DNA of 64,000 nucleotides from positions 222,575-286,574 of the forward strand of contig NW_014577084.1 in the NCBI RefSeq assembly GCF_000485595.1. Reading direction: 5' to 3'. Shown here piece after piece: positions 45,901 to 58,395 of this stretch. The notes beneath the pieces were generated by a model. That model searched no databases and was not told the DNA's origin. It saw only the letters and a program-made list of their open reading frames with translations. Position numbers and translations under genes: made by a program. How positions within the stretch are numbered: position 1 is the stretch's first letter; each line of letters begins with the position of its first letter. Origin of the DNA: Priapulus caudatus (lineage: Eukaryota).

Positions 45901-48568
45901 GCTGCTTCAAGCCCACTTGTCTCGTCAGCATCTGCTATGCAGTGACTACAACACCGACACCAAGTCTGTCATGGACCAGGCCATACGTATCTTACAGGTT
46001 AGTTGTTACCTATAGCTCTAGTACTATAGCCACCGCCTGTAGCCTATAGCAGCCTTTCGCCTGTGGCGAACAAGGGCCTGTGACGACGAAGGGCTATAGT
46101 ACTAGTGCTAGTTGCTACCAAGAATGCATGATCGTCTGAGAAGCTTGTGTAGCAGCTGCAGTAGAACTTATGGGATTGAGAGGAGTGTTTGTGCATAAAC
46201 AGGTATCTATAAAGACTTTGTATTCTAGTTTGTAATTGTATCGCAAGATCTGTTCGCTTACATATATAGTCATTATATCAACATCACAATTAATAACGGT
46301 GGCATTTAGAAGCCAGAAAATGCTGGTTAAATTTCTACGGAGCATAATCTCGTCTGTAAGTATAAATCGAGTGTGATCTAAAAAATACAAATGTGGCTTT
46401 TCTTTAGTTAGTCATTTATGGTGCGCGGGATGGACTGAAATGTGTAAAACTGCAGCTTCTGTTGTTTTTCCCTCACCAGGCGCTTCTGGATGCTGCAGCG
46501 GATAAGGGTTGGCTGCTGGCCGCACTTAACGTGATACACGTGGTACAGATGCTGTACCAAGGTCGCTGGCTACAGGATTCATCCCTGCTTACTCTACCTC
46601 ACGTTGAGAAGTACCACCTTGGCTGCTTCAGGTATGCACAGCTAACGTTTCCTCGAAGTTAAAAAGAGGTTGCCTGACTGGTCCAGACTCTAGATAGAAT
46701 TAGAACAACTATGTGTGGGACCGTGCAGAAGGGGGTTTCTAAGGTAACGAGAATACAGAATTGAACGGAAAGGGATGCCGTGGAGCCACATTGCTATAAA
46801 TGGTGTTTAGGCTATACGTCCACACAGTACTATTTTGAATTGGTTTAATTCATTTTAACTGGAACTCTGTAATGTTTCTAGCAATCACCCCTTGCCTTTT
46901 TCCTTTTATTGTGTATGACCCTGTTGCGTATGGTATACATGTTTTCTGGTTTCGTACAGGCGGGGCAACCAAAGAATAGATTGCCTACCAGAACTGATGG
47001 CAGTTGTTGGCAGCAAGTATGAAGTGCTATTCAAAATGATGAAACAAGACTTTGATCCGCCACAGATAGAGCAGGTAGTGGCAGTATAATACTTTTTTTT
47101 GGCTTAAACAATATGAATTTTGTTAGGATTATAGTCGTAGAACTATGGTGTCTAATATCTAAAGAGATACTATGCCTACCTAGATTGATGCCATTTTTTG
47201 TAAATAAAATTTATTTATATATTATAATAAAAGTCCTGACTGATGTGACAGTTTCAACAGCCAAACGTTTTTGTAACGTGCTACTGTTAGTTTGCTTGAG
47301 CTTGTCTATTTTGTCGTTTGTATGTACTAGTATGTTTCTCCTCGTGGTGTGTGGTTTGAAGTTGTGAACTGTCATCACATCCGTATATCTTGCTAGCGTA
47401 TTTCATAATATTGGTTTGAATATAAGAAATTTTGTAAGGGTTTACGTGTTAAAATAATGTGATTACCATGACGTTTAGTATGTTAAACCATTTAGTAAGG
47501 TTTCTTAGCAAATGGATTGCTGTAATAGTGATAAAAGCACCCAAATTGGGCACACGTGCTATGAGGGGTGCACAATAAAACAAAAGGTAGACCCTAACGA
47601 GATTGAATATATTACTATTTGTTTTATTCTTTATCATTTTCAAACCATTATCTATTGGTATGCCAACTTTCAATAGCAAGTATTTTGTGGTGGCAGGTGT
47701 ATCAGGTATTGCATCAGCTACCAGTGTTGGAGACCAGTCTCAGCATCAAAGGTTGGTGGGCAGATGGAGAGAAGGAACTAGAAGTTGATGTGTCAGAGGG
47801 TTCTGGTAAGAATTAATTAATAAATTAATGTGATCAGTACATCCCTTTTCCAATTTTAAAATGTATTGAGGAGTCGTTTGCATTTGTTATCTACTTGAAT
47901 TGTGTATTTGCTTTCTGTAGTTTATCTTGAATGCATTGTATTTTCTGCTTCTTTTACATGCCTACTAGTACTGCGTATCACATGCACGTGTAAGACAGGC
48001 TTTGTAATTTTAGGTACAAGGCTAGTGAATAAACCTTGGATAGAAGTACATGCAGATCAGGAGTATGTTCTCAATGTCAATCTCACTCGCCTCAACCGAA
48101 ACAAGGTATGCAACAATAATTATTTGTAAAAAACATTAATTAACTGTCAGCCCACCCTAACATCTGAACCCCTGTAAACCATTCCTCTTCATGCAGGAGA
48201 GTCTGTGTCTCAAGCCTCTACACTGCCTATTACATTTCACATACTTTATATTCAAGGGGGAGAGGCGAGCGCACACGCCACAGTTCCCAAAGCCAAAGGA
48301 TGAGGGCTGGTTCCTCATGCTGGGCGAGATTGACTTGCGCGAGGTGCTCGCGCTGAAACGCATCGGCTTCGTGCGTGGCCGCCAGAGGGCGCCACTAGTG
48401 TTCTACACACCCGAGAGAGAGGGCAGAGTCATCTATACGCTGTACGTGATGAGCGACGCGTACCTCGGCCTCGACCAGCAGTACGACGTCTGCCTAGACA
48501 TACTGCCTCCCAGCATTGAAGCACAGTTGAACAGTGAGCTGGCGGCCGGCTGGGATAGCAACATGCCT
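25374..48568 (+). CDS. ASCC3: Activating signal cointegrator 1 complex subunit 3 (dual-cassette Ski2-like helicase with Sec63 domains); last exon cut by an N-gap just before the stop
   Basis: N-terminus [12 protein letters not shown] is ASCC3-type rather than SNRNP200-type. Cassette 1: [52 protein letters not shown]. Cassette 2: [27 protein letters not shown]-terminus [13 protein letters not shown]. About 41 coding exons: 25374-25602, 25771-26366, 27157-27321, ~28215-28340 (noisy), 30590-30734, 30973-31098, 31301-31501, 32264-32404, 33023-33187, 33622-33749, 34148-34268, 34405-34539, 34798-34989, 35638-35862, 36131-36250, 36565-36714, 36915-37016, 37700-37876, 38077-38166, 38380-38512, 38819-38960, 39201-39309, 39535-39702, 40154-40374, 40700-40784, 41397-41563, 42092-42237, 42606-42725, 42852-42994, 43158-43295, 43622-43742, 43911-44043, 44416-44541, 44822-45068, 45555-45610, 45829-45997, 46480-46631, 46960-47074, 47697-47805, 48013-48105, 48258-48568 (some boundaries may be off by 1-2 nt). 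Confidence 0.96.
27535..27729. repeat. Inverted repeat (~65-bp arms) with an actactataaca tandem-repeat spacer
   Basis: agcaagaacaagtccgcacctgcagctaca...gcatctattt (27535-27600) is the imperfect reverse complement of aaatagatgc...tgtagctgcaggtgcggacttgtttcttgct (27665-27729). Confidence 0.75.
32899..32998. repeat. 19-bp tandem repeat (gtaaactttcacgctgaat) x ~5 just upstream of an ASCC3 acceptor
   Basis: Visible diverged tandem units. Confidence 0.8.
35018..35207. mobile_element. hAT-Charlie-type MITE, 190 bp, in an ASCC3 intron
   Basis: TIRs CAGGGGTTCTTAACCT / AGGTTAAGAACCACTG; perfect 8-bp TSD GTTTAGGT at 35010-35017 and 35208-35215. Confidence 0.92.
41743..41956. mobile_element. TA-flanked MITE (Tc1/mariner-like) in an ASCC3 intron
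   Basis: Ends TA-CTGTATACG...CGTATACAG-TA, with internal ttttcgcg / cgcgaaa subterminal inverted motifs. Confidence 0.7.
46018..46105. mobile_element. Tiny TIR element or hairpin in an ASCC3 intron
   Basis: Perfect 14-bp inverted ends ctagtactatagcc / ggctatagtactag. Confidence 0.5.
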
Positions 48569-48684
48569 NNNNNNNNNNATCCCCGTGATCTATGAAAAGA
48601 GCATTATTTTCACTGTGAAATGTGAAAAGCAGTTTATTTTCACTGTGAACTGTGAACAGTACCCCCCCTTACCCCCCCCCCTCT

Positions 48685-49815
48685 CGTGACGTCGGTCGCC
48701 GTTGACAACCAGGATAATTCTTCTTGACCGATCTCTTAAATTGGTCAATTTACGCTTAAATTGGACAGAGGTGGGCCCGCGGCACGTGTGCATGGCAAAT
48801 TTCGATCTATAAAATTTACTTTGCTCGCAGCATCCCACCATGCACGATTCCCCACATATACTAATGTACATAGCAATGGCGCTCACGTCGTTTGTCGACC
48901 TTGGCAGCCAGGATAATTTTCTTCGGCCGATCTCATGCGCTCAAAGTAGCGGGGAACACAGGGCGTGATGCTGCGAGGAAAGTGAGTATTTTACATCGAA
49001 TTTTACCAAGCACACGTGCTGTCGGCCCGCCTGGCTCCACTTTGAACAGAAGAGAAAATTCTCTTGGCAGTCCAACAGTGACTGACGCACGAGCGCCACC
49101 TTCATGTACATTAATATCGACATAGCGGCGAACCCAGAGCGTGATGCTGCGAGCAAAGTGAATAGTATAGATCGGATTTTACCAATCACGCGTACTGTCG
49201 GCCCGCCCGGCTCCACTTTGAATGTATTAGAACGGCCGAAGAACATTCTCTTGGCAGTCAACGGCGGGCGACGTCGGAGCGTCTTTTTCACGTGAATTAG
49301 CATAGCGAAGAACCCATGCGTGATGCTGCGTGCAAAGTGAATATTATAGAACGGATTTTAGCAAGCACACGTGCTGTCGGCCCGCCTGGCTCCAATTTGA
49401 ACGTATAAGAACGGCCGACGGCAATTCTCTTCGCAGTGAACGGCGGCCGACGAACAAGCGCCATCGTCCTGTTTGAACGTATAAGAACGGCCGGAGAAAA
49501 TTCTCTTGGCAGTTAACGGTGACCGACGCACGAGCGCCAGTGTACATTAATGTGGGCATAGGCTCAAACTGGACAGGGGCGGACCCGCGGCACGTGTGCA
49601 TGGTAAAATACGATCAACAAAATTCACTTTGCTCGCAGCATCCCGCCACGATTCTCCACTTATACTAATGTACATAGGAATGGCGCTCGTGACGTCGGTC
49701 GCCGTTGATAGCCAAGATAATTCTCATCAGCCGATCTCATACGCTCAAACTGGAGAGGTGCGGGCCCGCGGCACGTGTGCATGGTCAAATCCGATTTTCA
49801 TCCAAAACTAACTAT
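48685..49815. repeat. ~190-bp satellite units in mixed orientation (further copies at ~54245-54860, ~55415-55550, ~57320-57560)
   Basis: Recurring gtgacgtcggtcgccgttga...ctcaaactggacaggggcgg...cacgtgtgcatgg...cactttgctcgcagcatc; reverse-complement units at ~48950-49555. Confidence 0.75.
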
Positions 49816-49936
49816 TATACTATGTTGTACGCGTGAAAGAGAGAGAGAGTGTGAGCGAGAGAGAGAGATCGAGAGAGAGAGAGAGAAACAGAGAGAGAGA
49901 GAGAGAGATAGAAAGAGAGAGAGAGNNNNNNNNNNG

Positions 49937-51140
49937 AGGTTTTAATATAAGGAAATTTTGTAAGGCGGTACGTGTAAAATAATTGATTACCATGCGATTG
50001 TATGTTAAACCATTTATAAGGTTTTAGACATGGATTGTGCTTAATAGTGATAAAAGCACCCAAATTGGCGCACACGTGCTAGAGAGCTGCACAATAAAAC
50101 AAAAGTAGACCCTAACGAGGATTGAATATGTATTATAGTTGTTTTATTCCTTTATCATTTCAACCGATTATCTATTGCCGTATGGCCAACTTTATAGCAA
50201 GTATTTTGTAGTGGCAGTGTATTCAGGTATTGCATCAGCTTACCAGTGTGTGAGACCAGTCTCAGCATCAAAGGTTGCGTGGGCAGATGGAGAGAAGGAA
50301 CTAGGAAGTTTGAGGTGTCAGAGCGGTTCTGGTAAGAATTAATTAATAAATTAATGTGCATCAGTACATCCCTTTTCAATTTTAAAAATGTATTGAGGAG
50401 TCGTTTGCATTTGTTAATCTACTTGAATTGTGTATTTTGCTTTCTTGTAGTTTTTATCTTGACAATGCATTGTATTTTCTGCCATTTTTTACGATGCCTA
50501 CTAGTACTGCCGTATCACATGCACGCGTTAAAGACAGGCTTGTAATTTTAGGTACAAGGCAGTGAATAAACCTTGGATAGAAGATACATGCAGATGCAGG
50601 AGTATGTTCTCAATGTCAATCTCAGCTCGCCTCAAACCAAACAAGGGCATACTGCCAACAATAATGTATTTGTAAAAACATTAATTAACTGTCAGCGCCA
50701 CCCTAACATCTGAACCCCTGTAAACCATTCCTCTTCACTGGCAGCCGAGAGTCTGCTGTCTCAAGCCTCTACACTGCCTATTACATTTCACATGACTTTA
50801 TATTCAAGGGGGAGGTGCGAGCGGCACACGCCACAGTTTCCAAAAGCCAAAGGATGAGGGCTGGGTCCTCATGCCTGCGGCTGGAGAATCGACTCACGCC
50901 GAAGGCTGCTCGCCGCGCTGAAACGCATCGGCTTCGTGCGTGGCGCCAGAGGGCTGCCACTTAGTGTTTCTACACGCCGAGAGAGAGGGCAGAGTCATCT
51001 ATACGCTGGACGTTGTTCATGAGCGCGCGTACCTCGGCTCGGACCAGCCAGTACGACTCTGCCTAGACATACTGCCTCCAGCATTGAAGCACAGTTGAAC
51101 AGTGAGCTGGCGGCCGGCTGGGATAGCAACATGCCTGCGT
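49937..51140 (+). other. Noisy duplicate of the ASCC3 3' end (47412-48568), probably gap-fill sequence; supplies the stop codon (...ATG CCT GCG TGA)
   Basis: Colinear with the last three exons and their introns, with scattered indels; begins right after an N-gap. Confidence 0.8.
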
Positions 51141-51616
51141 GAGGGGTGCCACGCCTCGACATACTGTCTCCCAGCGTCGAAGCCCTCAGGAACAGTGAGC
51201 TGTGCGGCGGTTGGGATAGCACATGCCTGCCGTGAGGGGTGCCCACGCCTCGACATACTGTCTCCCAGCGTACGCAAGCTCAGTTGAACAGTGAGGCTGG
51301 CGGCCGGCTGGGATAGCAACATTGCTGCGTGAGGGGGTGCCACGCCTCGGACAGACTGTTCCAGCGTCGAAGCCACAGTTGAACGAGTGAAGCTGCGGCC
51401 GGCGGGATAGCAAAACATCCTGGTGAGGGGTGCCACGCCTCGACATACTGTCCTCCCAGCGTCGAAAGCTCAGTTGACGCGTGAGGGGCGGCCGGCTGGA
51501 TAGCAACATGCCTGCGTGAGGGGTGCCACGCCTCGACATACTGTCTCCCAGCGTCGAAGCTCAGTTGAACAGTGAGCTGGCGGCCGGCTGGGATAGCAAC
51601 ATGCCTGCGTGAGGGA
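51063..51616 (+). repeat. Six tandem ~93-bp copies of the ASCC3 C-terminal coding end including the TGA
   Basis: Unit ctcgacatactgtctcccagcgtcgaagctcagttgaacagtgagctggcggccggctgggatagcaacatgcctgcgtgaggggtgccacgc. Confidence 0.85.
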
Positions 51617-52574
51617 TTCCACATGAGATAAAACATGGTCAAGATGCTCTTGTATCTCGGATCATCAGCACCTGTGTACGCTGCTCCGCATGTGAGTTTG
51701 GCGAGTGAAATCCGCAGCAAGCGTAGGAATATGGAGCCCGGCATATCATTTGCATCATAGTGGTCAGATGCAACCCTATGTATTTTGTTAATAACGGCTA
51801 TATGTCTGCATTGTGGTCATGATTAGACACATTTACGAAGGAGTTATGCGTTAATATTGATAAAAAAACGTATATATCTGTGTGGTTATTGTAATAGTTA
51901 GAGCCGCCAATCATTGAATTATTGCCAATATTAAAATGTTAATATTCTTTTTAGTTTAGAGTATGTATATGTTATGATATGCCACCAGGTGTATGCAGCC
52001 ATGGTTATATGTGAGAATACTTTCATGATACTACAGTATTCCCTCGTCTATCGTGGGGGGGTTACATTCCTGGAAACAACCAGGATTGGTGAATGGTGAA
52101 TACAACGTTTAATGGAAAGCGTGGCGTTATAGGGGGGACATGGTAATGGGTTGTGGCTGTTTATTACGCTTCTATACGTGTACGTTACACGCAATAGTAT
52201 TAATTTTCACACGCGTGGGAAGTACGACGCAGATTCTTAGGTATATATATATATATATATAGTCAAGAGATGAATACGCTCCCTTTCTATTACTCTCGGA
52301 ATTTCTTTGAAGCGGCAGGAGTCTGTGTGGCGCCCTGAAAATTTATCTAGCGTTCGCATGGCCACTGTATTTACTACTGGGTTTGCTTGCAACACAGCTG
52401 AACATAGCTTTAGAGTGCTCGCTGTGGTACCAGTGGTCACGGCTCAGGCCAGAGGTTTATGCAGCGAACATATATATATAGTACCTTCGAAATGTAAAAA
52501 AAAACTAGGATAAGATAACAGATCACCACTCTACTTCAAACAACTACCGCCACCAGTGTACGCACATATAAACT

Positions 52575-53107
52575 CATGGTTCGCACAGTCCTTGAAAAGT
52601 CCTTGAATTTGAGGGGAGTCCTTGAAAAGTACTTGAATTTAGTAAATGTGGATTTTGTGCTTGAAAAGTTCTTGAATTTCATGAAAGATGTCCTTGAATT
52701 TTTAGAAAAGAATCCTTGCCGTGTATAAGAAATTGTTGTACGCATCAATAATGTGCAAACCTGCAATAAAAATTGGCGTTAAATTGAGCTTAAAAAGCTA
52801 TAGACACGATAGACAGTTAAATGATGATCACAAATTTCAGTAAGTCAGTAAATCAGTCAGTAAATCAAGGTATGTTGTAGAAGTGACAGGTGTTTAGAAG
52901 GTTGTATTAATTGTGATCGCAGGTAAACGTTTTAGAGGTGACAGTGAATTAAGATGCGGGTTATTATTAAATCTAAGTCCAGGTATGTTTTATTACTGTG
53001 TACGAATTCTGATTAATTGTCCTTCGATTTCCCGATAAAATATCGCTTGAAAAGTCTTAGAAAAGTCCTTGAAACATTTTTTCTTAGTTCTCCTGTATTG
53101 AACCATG
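52575..53107. mobile_element. hAT-like non-autonomous element with (ccttgaaaagt/ccttgaattt) subterminal repeats
   Basis: Ends CATGGTTCGCACA / TGTATTGAACCATG; flanks tataaact / ataaaact approximate an 8-bp TSD. Confidence 0.65.
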
Positions 53108-54862
53108 ATAAAACTTTTGATTTGCATTTGATGTATAGCTAATATCAGGAGAGTATAAAGAGATACTTCTATATCTACTATTATATGATCTATTATAGAT
53201 CTACATATGATTATATAAGAATCTACTATATAGACTATTCTAGATCTTCTATTATCTACTCCTGCTAATATTAATATAATTTTTTTTCAAACATTGGATA
53301 TAGTCCACTAAATAACGTCCGCTTCCCTCGCTATTGACGTATAGCTCCCGAAAGAAAAAAACAAGCGGATCGAGATGCATATATATATATATATATCAAG
53401 AGTGCATAATAAGAGTGCAAGAGTCTCTATTATGCACTCTTGATATATATATATATCAGACTGGGAAATTCTTCTCACTTAGATTGAAGGTGAACTTACA
53501 TTTCAACCATGGCAATGACGATGCGATACGTGATAAGAACACGAATTCACACAACCTATTGGAGCGATTGCAGAAATGCTTTACACCAGTAATACAACCT
53601 AATGATTCCGCTCTTGGGAAACCCGTGATAGGAGGGGTATTACGTACGTAGTGTGGGGCATATTTTACTGTCCTTTTGCTTTTTTGAAAAATATACTCAG
53701 GTGCTGTTTTGCTATCTATGTGTGCCTGAGCGCTTATATATATTATGCACCCATGCGAACGTACGTGTAGGGCCTACCGGTGCAGATTTAGTGATTCCCA
53801 TCTATATGTGATTTGTGTACCTTTGATGCTAACAGAAGAATATAATGTGATTGGTCATCGTTATTCTAAACTGAAAGACTTCCCGCTGCTTCAGCCTTAC
53901 TGTGATTATATCAGAGCAGATTTAATATGCAATGCTGTGAATCTGTAAAGCAAATATTTTAAAAGTGCAAATAAATATTAATTTTGTACAAGTACATCTT
54001 TTGTCTATTGGAATTATCTCTACACGCATAAAAATTCGACTGTATTCACAGGGGCCAAATGAGATTTTTTACTCCTGATATATATATATATATATATATA
54101 ACTTTGAAACAAAATATTCTTCCAAGTGTCCAATTGTAAAGAAAAAGGAAAGCCTCGGAATTGATACAGTAGACTGATCAACCCGGCGCATTGCAGTAGA
54201 AAACGTGTCTGTTACACGTATGCACATATTACACGTTACAGGAATGGTGTTCGTGACGTCAGTCGCCGTTGACACCCAGATAATATTCTTCGGCCGGTCT
54301 CATCCGCTCAACTGGACAGGGGCGGGCGCGCGTCACGTGTTGCATGGTAAATATCGCAATTCTAGCAACATTCACTTTTGGCTCGCAGCATTCCCCGCGC
54401 ACGATTCTCCACGGGCGATTAGCACTTATTGCTATTGTACATATATAATGATTATATATAGGCAATGCGCCTACGTGACAGTCGGTCGCCGTTTGATCAC
54501 CATTGATTAATTCTGCCTTCGACGATTCTCTTACAGCTCATAATTTGGAATCAGAGTGGGCCGCGTGGCAGCGGTGGCATTGGCTAAATTTGCGATCTAT
54601 ATAAAATTTACTTTCGCTTCGGCAGCATCGCCACCATTCGATTCCCCAGCATATACTATGTATCATAAGCAATGGCCGCTCACGGTCGTTTCGTTGCCCT
54701 GGCAGCCAGAAATAATTTTGCTCGGACCAGCTCTCTATAGCGCTCAAACTGGACAGGGGCGGACACCTCAAGGGCATCGTGTGCATTGTCAAATCCGATC
54801 TAACAAGTATTCACTTTGGCTGCGAGCATCCCGCCACGATTGCTCCACTTAATAACTAATGG

Positions 54863-55415
54863 CAGGCGCCGTACCATGTGGCTAGCTTTCTATTGGGGGG
54901 GGGGTGACGGGTGGGTTCGTTTTTTGCAATTGTTGGCATTTGCTCGCAGGGGCGGTGTAGCAGATTTGTAGCGCGGGGGGGGGGGGGGGTCTAACCGTAG
55001 ACCCAAAGTTGCGAGCAGTACCTGTCGCTAGGAGGGGGTCTGTCCGCCCAAAAAATAATTTTATAAAATTAGACGGCCCGGCCTCAGATGGCGTTTTTGC
55101 GCGAGGCAAGGGGGGGTCCGGACTTCGCCTGGAACCGGCCCCTCTGTATGTCACGCCGCCTGCTCGTGCGTACCCGAAAGCGACCAAAGGGCGAGGAGCC
55201 AAGCGAACCTGAGCGAGGATGGGTGTGGGAGGGGGGTGTTTCACTGTTCACCCTCCCGCCCGATGGAGAATTTTGGGGCAATTATTTACTAAAATCTGAG
55301 GCGAGCTGCTGAGTGAAATTTCTTGGAAAATTTAAAAAAAAAAATTTTTTGCTTGGGGGGTCTCGGGGGGGTTTCGTTCGAACCACCCGAAACGCCCCCT
55401 CTGGCTACGGCTCTG
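54863..55415. mobile_element. GC-rich MITE-like insertion interrupting a satellite unit
   Basis: Ends caggcgccgtacc... / ...tggctacggctctg; ctaatg occurs on both flanks; ends resemble the 7149-7491 element. Sequence is noisy. Confidence 0.4.
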
Positions 55416-55549
55416 CTAATGTTAGCATATGGAATGTGGCTTCGTCAACGTCGGTCGCCGTTGACCGGAGCCAAGATAATTCTCATTGGCGGGGGCGCAA
55501 ATCGATTTCATCCAATACTAACTATTATCCTAGTGTTGTAGCGCGTCGA

Positions 55550-56173
55550 AAGAGAGAGTAGAGTGTGTGTGATTGAGAGAGAGATGTAGAGAGATGAGAT
55601 CGAGAAGAGAGAGAGAGAGAAAGAGAGAGAGAGGAGAGAGAGAGAGAGACAGAGATGAGACAGGAGAGAGACAGAGAGAGTGTGTGAGAGAGAGAGAGAG
55701 ATTGCGAGAGTAGTAGAGAGATGAGAGAAAGAGAGAGAGAGAGAGAGAGATCAGAGAGGGACAGAGAGAGAGCTAGAGAGAGACAGAGAGAACAAGAGAG
55801 AGAGCAGAAAAGAGACAGAGAGAGACAGAGAGAGATCAGAGTAGATGAGACAGGAGAGATGACATTGATGAGAGACATGAGAGAGACAGGAGAGAGAGAT
55901 CAGAGAGAGAGACTAGAGAGAGAGACTAGAGAAGAGAGCAGAGAGAGAGAAGAGCAGAGAGGACAGAGAGAGACACAGGAGAGACAGATGAGAGATCAGA
56001 AGAGGACAGAGAGAGACAGAGATGAGACAGATGAGAGACATGAGAGAGACATGAGAGAGAGACTCAGAGAGAGACAAGAGAGAGACTATGAGAGAGACAG
56101 AGTATGAGAGAGAGATGATGAGAATGAGAGAATGAGAGATGAGAGAGAAGAGAGAGAGAGAGAGAAGAGTAGA

Positions 56174-56217
<44 letters not shown>

Positions 56218-56271
56218 GGAGATGAGAGAGAGAGAGAGAGATATGAGAGAGAGAGAGAAGATGAGGAGAGA

Positions 56272-56310
<39 letters not shown>

Positions 56311-56487
56311 AAGAGAGAGAGCCGAGAGAGAGAGAGAGAGAGAGAGATGAGTAGAGAGATGTAGAGAGAGAGAGAGAGAGTATGAGAGAGTTAGAGAGAG
56401 AAGAGAGAGAGAGAGAGATTGAGAGAGATGAGAGAATGAGAGAGAGAGAGAGATGAGAAGAGAGAGAGAGAGATGAGAGAAGATGAG

Positions 56488-56583
<96 letters not shown>

Positions 56584-56602
56584 AGAGAGAGAGAAGAGAG
56601 AG

Positions 56603-56659
<57 letters not shown>

Positions 56660-56674
56660 CGAGAGAGAGAAGAT

Positions 56675-56705
<31 letters not shown>

Positions 56706-56769
56706 CGAGAGAGAGAGAGAGAGTAGAGAGAAGAGAAGAGAGAGAGAGAGAGAGAGTAGAGAGAGACGA

Positions 56770-56818
<49 letters not shown>

Positions 56819-56841
56819 GAAGAGAGAGAAGAGAGAGAGAG
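55550..56841. repeat. Imperfect (GA)n microsatellite tract
   Basis: About 1.3 kb of GA repeats; ER-rich ORFs here are artefacts. Confidence 0.95.
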
Positions 56842-57899
56842 AATTCTAATTATTTATCTAATGGTATATACTAAAGCAGGTAGAAGTAGAATTCGTGAGC
56901 TATCGTCGATTTCCAATCCTGGTAGGGCGAGAATCAACAACAATTCTACAAAGGGACTACTGCCAAGACGTCGCATGTTTTAGGCATGTTATCGCCTGCT
57001 CGTCGGTACAAACGAGGTTGAGAGACACAACACCCGAGCAGATCGTGAAACAACATACAGCGCACTCGAAAGCTATGTCAGGGAACGTCGGGAAAGCTAA
57101 ATAAGTGACAATTAAAAAAAGAAATGCTATAAAAGGATCCTGGGTGTTGAGGGAGGGAGACCAGGAGGACAGGGGTGGGGGTGGGAGGGAGGGAAGAAGG
57201 TGGAGGAGAGAGGGAGCCGAGGCGGAAGGAAGGCGGGACAGCAAGAACAACCTCTCAGTGTGGGCCCCGCGTAAAAGTAATCCTATCTGCAAAATTCACT
57301 ATGCTAATTAAGTATCCTACTTAATGCGCTCCGTGGCGTACGTCCACTCGTTGAACCCGCAACCAAGAAATCTGTTCTTGGGTCAATCTCACTACTCTCA
57401 AAACTGAACAGGGCGGGCCGCAGCACGTGTGCTCTGGTAAAACCCATCTTAAACAAATTAATTTGCTCGCCTGCATCCCGCAGCATCCCCGCCACGATTT
57501 CTCACGACGCTATGCTAGTTGGCATGCAGCATATAGCAATTGGCGGCTATCGTCGTTCGTTCGCCCTTTAGTGCAGGCATGCGGCAATTACGTGGAGAAT
57601 ATGAGGCATTAAGAATGCATAAACATACATTGTGCTAGCATGGTAGTAGGCCTAAAATGCATTTGCGTGTTTTATTTACTATCATTTTATTATTGAAAAT
57701 ATTGAAACGTTGCGCAATTGCTGTGTCGAGAGGTGCCGGTATACTGCATGAGAGTTAATATGCAAAAATCAACATTTCGCGCAGTTTTGGTTCTCACTAT
57801 TTTCAACGAGGGCAAAACTTTTTAAGCTAACTAATTACATAAAGTACTTATCAGGTTTTAATATTTTATAGCAAACAACCAACTAAGACTTGTGGTTAC

Positions 57900-58364
57900 T
57901 TGTGAGTTTGAACAGCACTGATCTCATAATAATAAATCTGGATCAGAGCATTGGCAACTATGCGCGCGCTTAACATTGACAGTGACGCCAGAGCGGCCAT
58001 CTTCCAACCACGTCTGTAAAGGCTGAATCTGTCGGTCTGTGCCCGACAAGCAACATTCAAACGAAAAATAAGAACCAAAACCGACTTATTCCTAGCTATT
58101 CAAGATTAGCATGAAAAAAAACTTTGATCCATACTTAAGAGATTTAATATAAATATGGATATGTATATAAACGATACAGTATGGAGCTAAGGAACGAGAT
58201 AATACACGAAAATATTTTTTTAGCGTGGACGTTCTCAACGAGACAGCGTGCTAGCTAGTCGGAGCCTATCAAGCCAATTATAATAAATTCTTATGTTCCG
58301 ATTCGGTATGAAAACAAACGGCAAGATGATGAAAACATGATGAAAATGATGAAACATGAAAGAT

Positions 58365-58395
<31 letters not shown>

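Noticed and set aside
25374..48568. Alternative identity as SNRNP200/Brr2
   Set aside because: The PRLTGALR N-terminus and intact catalytic motifs in the second cassette ([21 protein letters not shown]) indicate ASCC3.
49937..51140. ASCC3 partial pseudogene
   Set aside because: Indel-dominated differences next to an N-gap point to an uncorrected read overlap.
55525..56818. ER-repeat ORFs
   Set aside because: Translations of a (GA)n microsatellite.
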